Below are positions 9,369 to 19,223 of a stretch of DNA of 64,000 nt, one piece after another. The translations under genes and the position numbers were made by a program. The notes beneath the pieces were generated by a model. It saw only the letters and a program-made list of their open reading frames with translations, was not told the DNA's origin and made no database searches. This DNA comes from Terriglobales bacterium (GTDB taxonomy: Bacteria > Acidobacteriota > Terriglobia > Terriglobales > Acidobacteriaceae): positions 51,297 to 115,296 of the forward strand of contig DATMQI010000112.1 in NCBI GenBank assembly GCA_035567135.1. Direction: 5' to 3'. How positions within the stretch are numbered: the first letter of the stretch is position 1; each line of letters opens with the position of its first letter.

Positions 9369-10274
9369 CTAGGTTCGGGCTAGCTCTGGTTCCTGAAGGG
9401 CATTCGACAGCGCATATCCTAAATTCTGCATAACGTCGCCCCAGGCCGCTTCGATCAGCGCAACCGATTTCGGGGAAAGGTCCGCATGCCATCCCCCAGT
9501 CTTGGCGCTTCGGATGAAGGGTTTGTCCTGGCGGGTTCTTTTGAGCTGCACATGCTGCGACGCTTGCTGCTTCTCGAGGGCACGCATGCGTTCGGGCGTG
9601 CTTAGTTCTACCGCCTGCGCCAGCTTCTCGGGAGAAGTCTCGACTCGGGCGAATCCGGCTTGCTGCAGGAATCGAGCAACCTTAAGCAGCTCGCGTGGCG
9701 TGTTCTCTTTCATATCCTCGTAGCGCAACAGTAGGAAGTTGCTTCCGCCTTGCCGCATGTTCAGCCAGCTCATTACGTTGTCGACCCAGGAGCCGCGGGC
9801 GGAGTCAAATTCGGCGGCAATGAAGCGTGGGATAAATTCGCCTATCGGATAATTGTCGGGAATAAGCCCGGCTTTGATGTTGTGGTGATAGAAGGAGACG
9901 GCAACATCTCTCGGATCGCGGACAATGTGAATGATTCGCGGATATCTGGGATCAAAGACTTCGTGACTCTTAAGAAGACGAGGACGGGGAAGATTCCGCA
10001 GGACCCGGTCAGGATTGAAATAAATCTCAGGAACCCGGGATTCGACGTTAGCAAAAGTAACGGGGTCGTCCGGGTTCAGCAAATTTCCCAGCAGAAAACG
10101 CGTCCAGGTATTGCCTGAGCGAGGATAGGAAGTGAGGTAGACGTCGTCGGGAAAGACGGTTACTCCCCGGCCTGCCGCTGTCTTTCCGGTCAGCAGACGA
10201 ACTGCGGCGACCGCCGCGCGGACTGCGTCCTTCGCGCCTGAACTCTTGACGTACCGGTTTAGAGTCGCTCCCAT
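9369..10274 (-). CDS. PAPS-dependent sulfotransferase (Sulfotransfer_1-like)
   Basis: 5'-PSB loop YPRSGNTWTRFLL and 3'-PB motif IIHIVRDPRDVAVSFYHH. Cytosolic-type size. Confidence 0.85.
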   Translation of the reverse strand: MGATLNRYVKSSGAKDAVRAAVAAVRLLTGKTAAGRGVTVFPDDVYLTSYPRSGNTWTRFLLGNLLNPDDPVTFANVESRVPEIYFNPDRVLRNLPRPRLLKSHEVFDPRYPRIIHIVRDPRDVAVSFYHHNIKAGLIPDNYPIGEFIPRFIAAEFDSARGSWVDNVMSWLNMRQGGSNFLLLRYEDMKENTPRELLKVARFLQQAGFARVETSPEKLAQAVELSTPERMRALEKQQASQHVQLKRTRQDKPFIRSAKTGGWHADLSPKSVALIEAAWGDVMQNLGYALSNALQEPELART

Positions 10275-10316
10275 TTACCGCTGCCTCTTATGTGGTTGGA
10301 TCAGGTACCGCTGGAC

Positions 10317-11807
10317 TTATTTTCTCTTGGCGCAGGTTGAAACCTTGTAGCTCCCGATTCTGGTGTCCCAGTTAATCGGCTTCCCAGTCTCGTTTTGAGC
10401 GAAGTATTCGGTGACATACCAGAAGGTGCAATCGTCGACCGGATCGACGGTCATACTCGAGTAATCCCCCCAACTCTTGGAATCTTCCTCGTCTCCGCTT
10501 CCCCTGAAGATGACGACTTCTGTGGGTGTGGGGTTTTTTGTATTCCACCATGACGATCGGATGCCGGGGTGAGCTCCGCCGTTGGACACGTTGTAACCCA
10601 CGGCGGCGTTTCCCGCGTGGTCCTGAGCGATGCTAGGCATGAAACGAAAACGGACCTGGTCCAGATTGACTGTGCCACTCTGATAAATTGCCGGTGTTCC
10701 ACTGCCCCGGAGCTCATACCAGCCGATGGCAGTCTGAAGATTTTGTGTGTTGGCGCGGACGGTATGGCTAACCAGAAACGATTCGTAAGTACCAAAGTTG
10801 CGATAAGCAAAGCGTGGCATAAACCGGTCGCCTACCGAGTCGACCCGGTTACCGTTGATTTTGGTTGTCGATTCAGGAATGCAGAAGGTGTTGAATGGGG
10901 CCTTCGGGTTGTAGCAGCCGGGAACGTAGGTCGGAACCGTCGGAGACGAGTGCGCAAATGTCGAATTAATTGGATTGACCCAATCGACATGAAAGTCCCA
11001 AAGGTTAATCGAGTTTGAGGTCGTGCTGTGTCCGTCGTTCGGGGGATTCTGGATGCTCACCAGGAACTCGTCTCGACCCGTGGGAGGCGCAGTTGTGCCG
11101 TCAACGTCAGCCGGGATAAGGCTATGCTTAAGATAGAGAGTGCCGTTGAGTGGGATCGGATCAGGATCGCTGAAGCATTGCATCGGATTCGGAGTCGATC
11201 CGGTCAGCATATTAGTGCGGTCCAAGGCGCAAACCACAACACCGATCTGCAGATACTGGTTGTTAATGTCATTCAGATCGAAAGATACATAGTAAGCATC
11301 TGCCCAGGTACCAAACTTAGGCCAGTCCGGCCAGTAAGTGGTTCCATGGGAATTGGCGCCAAGCACATTGTTCAAGGGGAACTGGTAGGTGTACCAACTA
11401 AGATTGCTGGAGGTCAGATCGTCAGTATTGGAAATCGCAACGCAATAGTAGTAAGTGTTTGCGGCAGAGGTCGAGCGGACTGCAATCACCCAGCGCAGCG
11501 CCAGATGATCAAAGGTAATAAGGCCGTCACCGCCAACATTGAGGCAGTTGGGCAAGTTGTTTGTCTGGAATGGCTTGGTGCCCGGGATAGGTGACGACCA
11601 AACCGGAGCGTGGGTTACTTTGTCATAGGCCTGAAAAAAGACGTTGACCCATTCCATGTACTGCTTAGTGCCGACGGCGCCATTGGGATCAACGTCGTGC
11701 TGGCGACGGCCCAGTTGGCTGGCATCGATGCCCTCAAAGGACTGAACCGACTGGGCCTGCGCTAACCACGAACCCAGGAAAAGCACGAAGACTAATTTGC
11801 CGCTCAC
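10317..11807 (-). CDS. secreted protein of unknown function (paralog of the N-terminal module of 40375..43626)
   Basis: Signal peptide VFVLFLGSWLAQAQS. GTG start preceded by AAGGAG. Conserved blocks shared with the 1114-aa protein include WGDYSSMTVDPVDDCTFWY and VDSVGDRFMPRFAYRNFG. Confidence 0.7.
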   Translation of the reverse strand: MSGKLVFVLFLGSWLAQAQSVQSFEGIDASQLGRRQHDVDPNGAVGTKQYMEWVNVFFQAYDKVTHAPVWSSPIPGTKPFQTNNLPNCLNVGGDGLITFDHLALRWVIAVRSTSAANTYYYCVAISNTDDLTSSNLSWYTYQFPLNNVLGANSHGTTYWPDWPKFGTWADAYYVSFDLNDINNQYLQIGVVVCALDRTNMLTGSTPNPMQCFSDPDPIPLNGTLYLKHSLIPADVDGTTAPPTGRDEFLVSIQNPPNDGHSTTSNSINLWDFHVDWVNPINSTFAHSSPTVPTYVPGCYNPKAPFNTFCIPESTTKINGNRVDSVGDRFMPRFAYRNFGTYESFLVSHTVRANTQNLQTAIGWYELRGSGTPAIYQSGTVNLDQVRFRFMPSIAQDHAGNAAVGYNVSNGGAHPGIRSSWWNTKNPTPTEVVIFRGSGDEEDSKSWGDYSSMTVDPVDDCTFWYVTEYFAQNETGKPINWDTRIGSYKVSTCAKRK

Positions 11808-12012
11808 TATCGCTCCTTATCAATCTTCTTTAATTGGCGCTTGGCTGTAAGAGGGGACAATAACCAGGGGCGCGCCGTCACCACGAACGGAAATGTTGAC
11901 AGGCTCGGCGACAAAGTGGCCCCATTTTCTTGATAGCAAAAGCCGTTGTCAAGATTAATCAGGAAGTTACGGCGCAGAGACTCGATACAGTAAGAGATCG
12001 CCGCAGCGTCGG

Positions 12013-13431
12013 CTACTGTTGCGTGTAAACGTAATCGCCGGTGTCCTCCTGGAGGACAAGATCCAGCAGGCCATCTGAGTTGAAGTCTCCCGGAACGACT
12101 CCAGTCGAACTACCAGGTCCCGCTAACACCGATGTCAGGCGTTGAAATGTACCGTTGCCATTGCCCAAGAAAACGCTCAACTTGTGGCCGTTCTCGACCG
12201 AGATCGCAAGATCCGTCTTGCCGTCGGAATTGAAATCACCGGCAGTGAATGACATCGCGTTACCTCCGCCATTGGTCTTGTGGTAAACCGCGGCGTGGAA
12301 CGTACCATCGCCATTCCCCAGAAGCACGGCGATTTTGTCATCCTGCAAGATTGCGAGATCGGATTTTCCATCGTTGTTAAAGTCATTCACCAGCACCGTC
12401 ACTCCAAAGCTGTTAAAACCCACATATGCGCCGAGAGTAATTGTGTTCGGCGCAGCAAATGTGCCATCGCCGTTCCCGAGGAAAATTGAAACCGCTCCCT
12501 GATTCGTGTTACTGAGTACGGCTAAGTCGAGAATGCCATCGCCGTTGAAGTCAGCGGTGGCGATGTCAAACGGATATTCCAGGGATGTGTAGTCCGTCTG
12601 CGCTCCGAAGGTGCCATCGCCGTTGCCCAGCAGAATAGAAACCTTGCCCCCGGAATCCGCAACAGCTAAATCGAGCTTTCCATCGCGATTAAAGTCGCCG
12701 ACCACGACCCGGTGAACGAACGTGAAATTACCGAAGGACCCAACTGTGCGGAAACCGCCTTTTCCATTGCCCTTTAAAACGGCCACACTGCCATCCCGGG
12801 TGAAAGCCAGATCGAGCAAGCCATCGTTATTGAAGTCGCCGAAGACCATCCCAAGTGGTGGCGGAGTTAGACCCTTGTCCACCAGTGCGCCAAAGCGGAA
12901 CGTGCCATTCCCGTTGCCGACCAGGCTCAACAGCCCCGCACTGCCTGCCACAAGGTCGAGGATGCCGTCGCCGTTAAAGTCCGCGGTCACGGTTGACCAG
13001 ACAGGCGTCTTGACGTCGTAAGCTTTCGGACGGTTTACAACAACCCCTGCGGTTGGCAAATGCACTTCCACCAAGCCGTAACTGGAACTGGATTTTCCGC
13101 CTCCTGGAACAGGGTTGGTAACCGTGATGTACCCGGCCGTGGGAGTTGCTACATCCGAAGCCAGAATCTGGGCCTGCAACTCCCTCGCAGAAACGAATGT
13201 AGTAGTTCGAGCCTTGCCATTCCAGTTCACGACCGCTCCAGAGACGAAACCCGCGCCGTAAACGTGAAGCACAAAGGCCTGGCTGCCGGGCGCCACGGCT
13301 TGCGGAATCACGGGTCCGACCACGGATGGCACCGGATTGTTGGCTGCAGCAGCGGCCAGCGATGCGCAACTTAGTAACATTCCCGCGAGGAAAAGCGGAG
13401 CAGAACGCTGAAGGTCGAACGGGGGTTTCAT
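12013..13431 (-). CDS. secreted FG-GAP/VCBS-repeat (integrin-alpha-like beta-propeller) protein with N-terminal Ig-like domain
   Basis: Signal peptide. Seven repeats of the type FNGDGILDLAV, FNNDGKSDLAI or FNSDGKTDLAI, each followed by LLGNGDGTF. The N-terminal IPT-like segment is GAGFVSGAVVNWNG. Confidence 0.85.
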   Translation of the reverse strand: MKPPFDLQRSAPLFLAGMLLSCASLAAAAANNPVPSVVGPVIPQAVAPGSQAFVLHVYGAGFVSGAVVNWNGKARTTTFVSARELQAQILASDVATPTAGYITVTNPVPGGGKSSSSYGLVEVHLPTAGVVVNRPKAYDVKTPVWSTVTADFNGDGILDLVAGSAGLLSLVGNGNGTFRFGALVDKGLTPPPLGMVFGDFNNDGLLDLAFTRDGSVAVLKGNGKGGFRTVGSFGNFTFVHRVVVGDFNRDGKLDLAVADSGGKVSILLGNGDGTFGAQTDYTSLEYPFDIATADFNGDGILDLAVLSNTNQGAVSIFLGNGDGTFAAPNTITLGAYVGFNSFGVTVLVNDFNNDGKSDLAILQDDKIAVLLGNGDGTFHAAVYHKTNGGGNAMSFTAGDFNSDGKTDLAISVENGHKLSVFLGNGNGTFQRLTSVLAGPGSSTGVVPGDFNSDGLLDLVLQEDTGDYVYTQQ

Positions 13432-13495
13432 GCTGATAGACTCCTAGGGAATTCTGGGCGCGGCCAATGAGGCGAGGGCCGCGAAGAACGAGGAA

Positions 13496-14389
13496 CTAGG
13501 AAACGGCGACAGGAGTTGGAGAGGATACTTTCTTCGATCTTTCCTCGAGATATCTAGGCAACGCGTCCTTCCAGGAAGGAATAGACACGCCTGCCGAACG
13601 AAGCTTTGCCTTCGAAAGCACCGAATTCGCCGGACGCCGGACGGGACTCGCAAATTCAGAGGACTTGACGGGCGACAATTTTGCATCAAGCCCAGCCCGC
13701 TCGAAAATGTAGCGGGTAAAGTCGTACCACGAGCATTCTCCCTCGGAGCTGACGTGATAGAGCCCATAGCGTTCCGTCAGGATCAAGTCGCGTGTGGCCT
13801 GCGCGAGATCGGCGGTATACGTCGGAGTGAGAATCTGGTCATCAACCACGCGAACGGCATCTCCGGCCTTGGCTTTCTTCAGCATGGTCTCGACAAAGTT
13901 TCCGCCCTTGCCGCTGCTGCCGGCAACACCGTACAGACCACAAGTTCGGATTGCGAAGTAGCGGTCGGCATAGGCTGCAATCAAGTTTTCTCCCACGACC
14001 TTCGAGGTACCGTAAACATTCACCGGCGCCGGCAAGTCGGTCTCCTCGTATGGGGAACCTTTTTCATATCCCCCAAAGACGTAGTCCGTGCTGTAGTGCA
14101 CAAGGGTTGCGCCGGCAGCCTTGGCGGCTTGCGCTAGATACATCACTGCGGTGCCATTCACCTGAAAGGCGAGCCCGGACTTATGCTCGCACTCGTCCAC
14201 TCTGTGGTAAGCCGCCGTGTTCAACACGACGTCCGGCTTGGCTTCCGCCATGGCTTCGGAAATTTGCGCTTCCGAGCAAACATCGAGCTGAGAGTGGGTG
14301 CGGGGCACTACGGTATCGCCAGCAGCTCGAAATACCTTTAGAAGATCGGTGCCTAACTGCCCGTTGGCGCCGATGAGCAGCACCTTCAT
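13496..14389 (-). CDS. rmlD: dTDP-4-dehydrorhamnose reductase
   Basis: MKVLLIGANGQLG Rossmann motif, YGTSKVVGEN, and RmlD-like length and C-terminal substrate-binding region. Its start overlaps the upstream stop (ATGA at 14386-14389). Confidence 0.85.
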   Translation of the reverse strand: MKVLLIGANGQLGTDLLKVFRAAGDTVVPRTHSQLDVCSEAQISEAMAEAKPDVVLNTAAYHRVDECEHKSGLAFQVNGTAVMYLAQAAKAAGATLVHYSTDYVFGGYEKGSPYEETDLPAPVNVYGTSKVVGENLIAAYADRYFAIRTCGLYGVAGSSGKGGNFVETMLKKAKAGDAVRVVDDQILTPTYTADLAQATRDLILTERYGLYHVSSEGECSWYDFTRYIFERAGLDAKLSPVKSSEFASPVRRPANSVLSKAKLRSAGVSIPSWKDALPRYLEERSKKVSSPTPVAVS

Positions 14390-15378
14390 CGGGACACCTC
14401 AGCGAGTGCGCGCAAACCGTTGTTTGCCGACAGCAGCTTCAAAGTTTCAATGTTGTAGTACTGGGGATTGTCCCAGTCCTTGAATTCGTCCATGTGCTCG
14501 ATGAGATTTTTCACGATGGCTTTGACATTGTGGTTGGGATGGAAGCTGAGAACATTCTCCGCTTTCTCGATGCTGACTTTGTAATTGCGGAAATCGGTTT
14601 TGTGATTGATGGCCAGATGAACCCGAATGCCGAGTTCCTCTTCGATCGCCATTTTGACCAGATCGCCGACTTCACCGACCGTGTAGTTTCCCGAAGCGAT
14701 ATTGAAAATGCCTGAGATCTTCTGACTGGCTTCGATGGCACGAACGTAGGCGTTGGTGGCGTCTTCGATACTCATGATGGGACGCCAGATCGAAGGGTTG
14801 TTCACCGTAATTTCGCGGTTGCGCACGCCATTCTTGAACATGGTGTTGATAATCAAGTCCAAGCGCATGCGCGGGCTGTAGCCGGAAATGGTTCCCTTGC
14901 GGAGAGAGATCACGGAGAACTCGTCGTCCATAAGATTCATGGCCGCCTGTTCGCCCTGCAGCTTGGAGATTCCGTACGGATAAAAGGAGGAAACCGGACG
15001 GGTCTCGTCGAACAATTCATTGACGGTGTAGCCGTACACCGAGCAAGAGCTGGCATACACGTAGCGTTTCACTTTGGCTTTTTTCGCGACATACGCCAAA
15101 TATGCCGGTGCGGCGGCGTTGAAGATGAAATTCTCGCTAGGTGAGTACTCGGCCATGGGATCGTTCGACAAACCCGCCAAGAATACTACCTGCTGGTACT
15201 GCTCGAGATCTGGCACGGTGATATCAAAAATGTCTTTGTGAATGATTCCGGTTTCGGAGGGTAGATGGTTGCCGAACCAGAAAAGGTCCAGCACATCGAC
15301 CTCGTAGCCGCGATCAAGCAGTTTTGGAACCAACACCGAACCGACATAGCCTGCGCCACCTGCGATTAGAATCTTCAT
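14386..15378 (-). CDS. NAD-dependent sugar-nucleotide epimerase/dehydratase (extended SDR)
   Basis: MKILIAGGAGYVGS and YGISKLQGEQ. It sits between rmlC and rmlD. Confidence 0.85.
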   Translation of the reverse strand: MKILIAGGAGYVGSVLVPKLLDRGYEVDVLDLFWFGNHLPSETGIIHKDIFDITVPDLEQYQQVVFLAGLSNDPMAEYSPSENFIFNAAAPAYLAYVAKKAKVKRYVYASSCSVYGYTVNELFDETRPVSSFYPYGISKLQGEQAAMNLMDDEFSVISLRKGTISGYSPRMRLDLIINTMFKNGVRNREITVNNPSIWRPIMSIEDATNAYVRAIEASQKISGIFNIASGNYTVGEVGDLVKMAIEEELGIRVHLAINHKTDFRNYKVSIEKAENVLSFHPNHNVKAIVKNLIEHMDEFKDWDNPQYYNIETLKLLSANNGLRALAEVSR

Positions 15379-15384
15379 TCGCTG

Positions 15385-15978
15385 TTATCTCCCCACCATG
15401 GTTCGATCTTCGGAATACTGGAACTGCTCGGACTCTGGCCGCGCCAGCCATTCTTTCAAAGTCTGCGCCTTGCGATCCTTGTCGGAAAGCTGAACATCAC
15501 GCAGCGGCCACTGGATGCCAATCTCAGGATCGTCCCAGCGGATGCCGGATTCGCCCTTGTTATTGTAAATGCCGGTGCACTTGTACTGAATCTCGGCATA
15601 ATCGGAGAGCACGCAGAATCCGCGGGCAAAACCCGCAGGCGCCCAAATCTGTTTGCGGCTCTCGGCGGAAATCTCCGCCCCAAACCACTTGCCGAGCGTC
15701 GGCGACCCTTTGCGGATGTCTACGGCTATAAGGAAGGCCGTGCCTCGCGTTACCCGCATCAACTTTCCCATGGGAGGCTCCCACTGAAAATGCAGGCCGC
15801 GCAGCACACCGCGCACTGAGCCGGAATGGTTGTCTTGCAAGAATTCATAGGGCAGACCCAGGGCTTTAAACTGGTCAGCGCGAAAAACTTCCGTGAAAAA
15901 TCCGCGCTCGTCCTGGAACACCTGTGGCGCCAGAACACAAACGCCCTCCAACGGCGTAGATTCAATTCGCAGTTCCAT
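15385..15978 (-). CDS. rmlC: dTDP-4-dehydrorhamnose 3,5-epimerase
   Basis: Cupin-type RmlC motifs FQDERGFFTEVFR, LRGLHFQ, KLMRVTRGTAFLIAVDIRKGSPTLGKW and WAPAGFARGF. Confidence 0.9.
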   Translation of the reverse strand: MELRIESTPLEGVCVLAPQVFQDERGFFTEVFRADQFKALGLPYEFLQDNHSGSVRGVLRGLHFQWEPPMGKLMRVTRGTAFLIAVDIRKGSPTLGKWFGAEISAESRKQIWAPAGFARGFCVLSDYAEIQYKCTGIYNNKGESGIRWDDPEIGIQWPLRDVQLSDKDRKAQTLKEWLARPESEQFQYSEDRTMVGR

Positions 15979-16019
15979 TCTTCCTCTTTCTATAAATAGT
16001 CGTCGTGCTGGGAGAGAAA

Positions 16020-17933
16020 TTAATCGTCATCATCGTCAATTTGATTTTCATTCCCTGGGTCGATGTGAGTCGGCAATTCTTTAGTGGGAGCTACCGCAGT
16101 CTCCTCGGCCGCTGTGGTGACACCACTACCGACCAATCGAGCCACGTGTGGAGTGCCCGCATCGCTGTCAGCGATCGTGATTTGCCCCCAACGTGGGCCG
16201 TCAACCTGAGGCGTGAAGGTCACCGTAAACTGACAACTGGCCTTCGGTGCCAGTTGTCCAACGCAGTTGCTGGTCTGTTGATAGTCTGATCCAAAAAGAA
16301 CAATTGAGCTTATTGTGACCGCGGTGGTCCCGTTATTGGTCACATTAAAGTTGGCCTTTGCGCTATGACCTATCTGGGTATTTCTAAACAACAGCATTCC
16401 GAGTTGTCCGAACACCGAATCGACTTTAAGCTGCGGGCCGGAAAGTGCCGATCCTATTCCAGACAGAGCAATTTTTTGTGGGCTATCTGGAAAATTGTCG
16501 GTCAGGGTAAGCGTGGCACTCTCCGGACCTAGCTGGGTCGGCAGGTACTTGACCTTGATTCCGCAAGAATTGCCGGGTTGGATGAAGCCTCTGCACCCAG
16601 AAACCGTAAAATCCGAACTGCCGCTTATGACTGCGGACTTGATTTTAACGGCGGTGGTTCCCGAATTAAAGAGCGGCACGCTATTGGTAATTGCGGTTCC
16701 GGTGAGTTGTTCGCCGAAGGTGGTCGCCTGAACGGTAAAGGGGCATTGGCGTTGAGGGAGCACCAGGGGCGGCAACGGAGTCTGCGAAAAATCAAACGCA
16801 TCGAACATGTTGTTTGCTTCTGCATCGCGATTCGTCAGCGACGGCAGGTTAAAAGTGTCTTCAATAAAGCGCAAGACACTGGAGAATTCGTACTGGGTGT
16901 GATCCACCGTCTTCCCCTTCGCGTAAGGAGAAATAATGATAAACGGCACCCGTGGCCCTAAACCGAAACGGTCCAGCTTGGGAGGTTGAACGTGGTCGTA
17001 GAACCCACCGAAATCATCCCAGGTCAGGAAAATTGCGGTTGAACTCCAGTCCGGTCCGTTCATGATTGCGTTAATCTTCTGCACGGTCCAATTTTCCCCG
17101 TTGCACTCACTGCTGGGGGGATGCTCGGTTTGTCCGTTACGGGCTACCAGCCACGACACTGGTGGCAGCTTTCCATTCAAGGCATCGTTCTCGAAGTTGG
17201 TTTCGTCTTCAATGTGAGTAGCCCAATCCGGACCGTAGCGGATATGAGGAACGTTATTGTAGACGTTCCATTGATAACCCGGGATCCCCGCGGGCACGGC
17301 GTAGTACTTCCAATCGATACCGGCGGCGTCGAGGATATCCCCCAAGGTTTCCATGTCAACACAGGGAGGGCCCAAGGTGATCGTCCCGTCACTTTGCAGA
17401 AATTGCACTTGCAGATTCTTAGTGTTGTCGCAGCCCCATGAGTTACTTTGTTTGTGCCCCTGAGGAGTGCTGATGATGTTACCCGCCTGCGCTGCGATGG
17501 CGTATAGGTGACTGGGCAAACTGGGTCCATCGGTAGAAGAAAATACCTTGTCCGCCAACTCAAAACTCTGCGCGTATGCCCAGTAGTTGGGAATGTCTTT
17601 TTGACTGAACTGAGAATATGCCAAGTAGTCGCCTTGAACATTCCCCTGGTAATTGAGGTCAAACAAATCCATTTTGCCGTCGGAGTCGACTTCGAGGGCC
17701 GACCACCAGTCGTGTCCGAGATCATGAACCGTCTGATCGGAGAGAGGTGCGAGGGGAATGATGTTTCCATTTGAAACCATCCCTTTGGTCGCGCCATCCG
17801 CGCCGGGGAACTGGCCAAAGTAGGAGTCGAAGCTGCGATTCTCCTTAACAATGTAGACAATGTGCTTAATGGGATTGGCTTGAGCAACACAGCTTGCGGT
17901 CAACAACAGGAAAGTTAGCAACCTCTTGATCAT
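16020..17933 (-). CDS. secreted phosphoesterase-family protein (phospholipase C/acid phosphatase-like) with two C-terminal Ig-like modules
   Basis: Signal peptide. The Phosphoesterase-family opening is [26 protein letters not shown]. Two roughly 100-aa modules follow with the G.SC...V.F.P pattern, then the acidic tail QIDDDDD. Confidence 0.8.
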   Translation of the reverse strand: MIKRLLTFLLLTASCVAQANPIKHIVYIVKENRSFDSYFGQFPGADGATKGMVSNGNIIPLAPLSDQTVHDLGHDWWSALEVDSDGKMDLFDLNYQGNVQGDYLAYSQFSQKDIPNYWAYAQSFELADKVFSSTDGPSLPSHLYAIAAQAGNIISTPQGHKQSNSWGCDNTKNLQVQFLQSDGTITLGPPCVDMETLGDILDAAGIDWKYYAVPAGIPGYQWNVYNNVPHIRYGPDWATHIEDETNFENDALNGKLPPVSWLVARNGQTEHPPSSECNGENWTVQKINAIMNGPDWSSTAIFLTWDDFGGFYDHVQPPKLDRFGLGPRVPFIIISPYAKGKTVDHTQYEFSSVLRFIEDTFNLPSLTNRDAEANNMFDAFDFSQTPLPPLVLPQRQCPFTVQATTFGEQLTGTAITNSVPLFNSGTTAVKIKSAVISGSSDFTVSGCRGFIQPGNSCGIKVKYLPTQLGPESATLTLTDNFPDSPQKIALSGIGSALSGPQLKVDSVFGQLGMLLFRNTQIGHSAKANFNVTNNGTTAVTISSIVLFGSDYQQTSNCVGQLAPKASCQFTVTFTPQVDGPRWGQITIADSDAGTPHVARLVGSGVTTAAEETAVAPTKELPTHIDPGNENQIDDDDD

Positions 17934-18086
17934 TGACGTTCACTCCAGTCTGGCCTCCCGTCGAGCACGGGTCCAACAGCAGAACAATGAATCGCCCGCT
18001 GCGGGACGGCCCTTTGTCGCGGAGGGATAAGACTCTGTCTAGTTTCTAGAACTGAGTACTAACACCTTGGACCTAAGATCCAAAAC

Positions 18087-18830
18087 TCACGCTTGCGGAA
18101 CCATCTCTGCGGACCGGGCCGCACTTAACGTCTTATTCGAGGGTTTCCGCAGCACCATCGTGAAGTCGGTGATGTCTGGATCAATGTATCCAAAACTCGC
18201 AAGCTTGAGCAGCGGTCCCAGGACGGTGTATGCAAAATTGAAGATCCAGTGCTTCTTTTTAACTCGGACCTGCACCTTTTCTTCGTACAGTTCGAGGTAT
18301 TCCAGCGTCAATTGGTTTTGTTGTGCAAAACGCTCCAGCGAACGGGGGGACATGGAATACTTCAAAAATGTGGGAAACGGAACATGCCCGGGCTTGCCCG
18401 CATTCTTGTTGCCCAGGATGCGACGATACACCAACACATGAAACCAATGAGGCGTATATTTCGTGACCATGCCCTTGATGGAGTTGACCACGGGGGCGCC
18501 CACGACGATGATGCCGCCCTCGCGGATCGCACGCAAGAAATTCTCCATCGCTCGGTCAGGATGCTCGAGATGTTCCAGAACGTCCCAGCAAAAAATAATG
18601 TCAAAAGAAGAGGGTTGTAAAGGGAAAGTCTGAATGTCGCCCAGGATCTTTTCGTGCAGGTCCGGATTATTGTCGAGCTGTTCCTGGCAGATGTCGATGC
18701 CGACGAGTTGGGTATTGGGACCGAGTCGAATATGACTTCGCGATCCCGCGCCAGCTTCAAGCACGCGCACGGTTCGGCCTTCCCTCAGCATCTGGTCGAC
18801 TAGGCACTGTACCGGGTCATCGCCAGCCAT
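18087..18830 (-). CDS. class I SAM-dependent methyltransferase
   Basis: Motif I VRVLEAGAGSRS and post-motif DIIFCWDVLEHLEHPDRAM. Confidence 0.8.
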   Translation of the reverse strand: MAGDDPVQCLVDQMLREGRTVRVLEAGAGSRSHIRLGPNTQLVGIDICQEQLDNNPDLHEKILGDIQTFPLQPSSFDIIFCWDVLEHLEHPDRAMENFLRAIREGGIIVVGAPVVNSIKGMVTKYTPHWFHVLVYRRILGNKNAGKPGHVPFPTFLKYSMSPRSLERFAQQNQLTLEYLELYEEKVQVRVKKKHWIFNFAYTVLGPLLKLASFGYIDPDITDFTMVLRKPSNKTLSAARSAEMVPQA

Positions 18831-18900
18831 AACAGTGTTTCTCCTCTGCAGGACGAAATAAGAGTCTGAGTTCGAGCATTAATTATGATGGTGGAAACCT

Positions 18901-19203
18901 TCAATCGGAAAAAACCCCATCGGCCTTGGTAAACTGGGTATCCTGCTTGCCAATTTGGGTACGTTGCCGTATAAGAGTGGCAATTTTCTCGATGCAGCGG
19001 AAGTTTTCGATCTCGAAGTCTTGTATATCGATATGGGTGTCAAAGTTTTGCTCGATGAATAAAAGCAACTCCACAAATCTCTGCGAATCCAGAATTCCCG
19101 TATTAAACAGATCGGTATCTACCGAGGGAACCTCTACGTGCAGAACCTCCGAAAACAGGATTGACAGCCGAGTTTGAATCCTCTTCTGATCGGGGTCTCT
19201 CAT
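18901..19203 (-). CDS. DltC-like acyl/aminoacyl carrier protein
   Basis: LFNTGILDSQRFVELLLFIEQNFD resembles the DltC phosphopantetheine site (GLLDSxGxVELL). Start taken at the ATG 19201-19203, preceded by GGAGG. The track start 19287 would overlap the upstream gene. Confidence 0.75.
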   Translation of the reverse strand: MRDPDQKRIQTRLSILFSEVLHVEVPSVDTDLFNTGILDSQRFVELLLFIEQNFDTHIDIQDFEIENFRCIEKIATLIRQRTQIGKQDTQFTKADGVFSD

Positions 19204-19223
19204 GTCAGTAACTCCTCTACCTC

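Noticed and set aside
9093-9371. Possibility that the sulfotransferase TAG at 9369-9371 is read through to give a sulfotransferase fused to a PEP-CTERM tail.
   Set aside because: A cytosolic PAPS-dependent enzyme with an export tail makes little sense. The linker contains a REP-like non-coding element. Being in frame has a one-in-three chance by itself. It is kept only as a pseudogene fragment.
11895-11952. Sigma-70-like hexamers upstream of the 10317..11807 gene: TTGACA (11947-11952, minus strand), a 17-nt spacer, then GAAAAT (11924-11929). A second TTGACA lies on the plus strand at 11895-11900.
   Set aside because: The -10 match is weak, promoter consensus for this phylum is poorly defined, and there is no supporting evidence.
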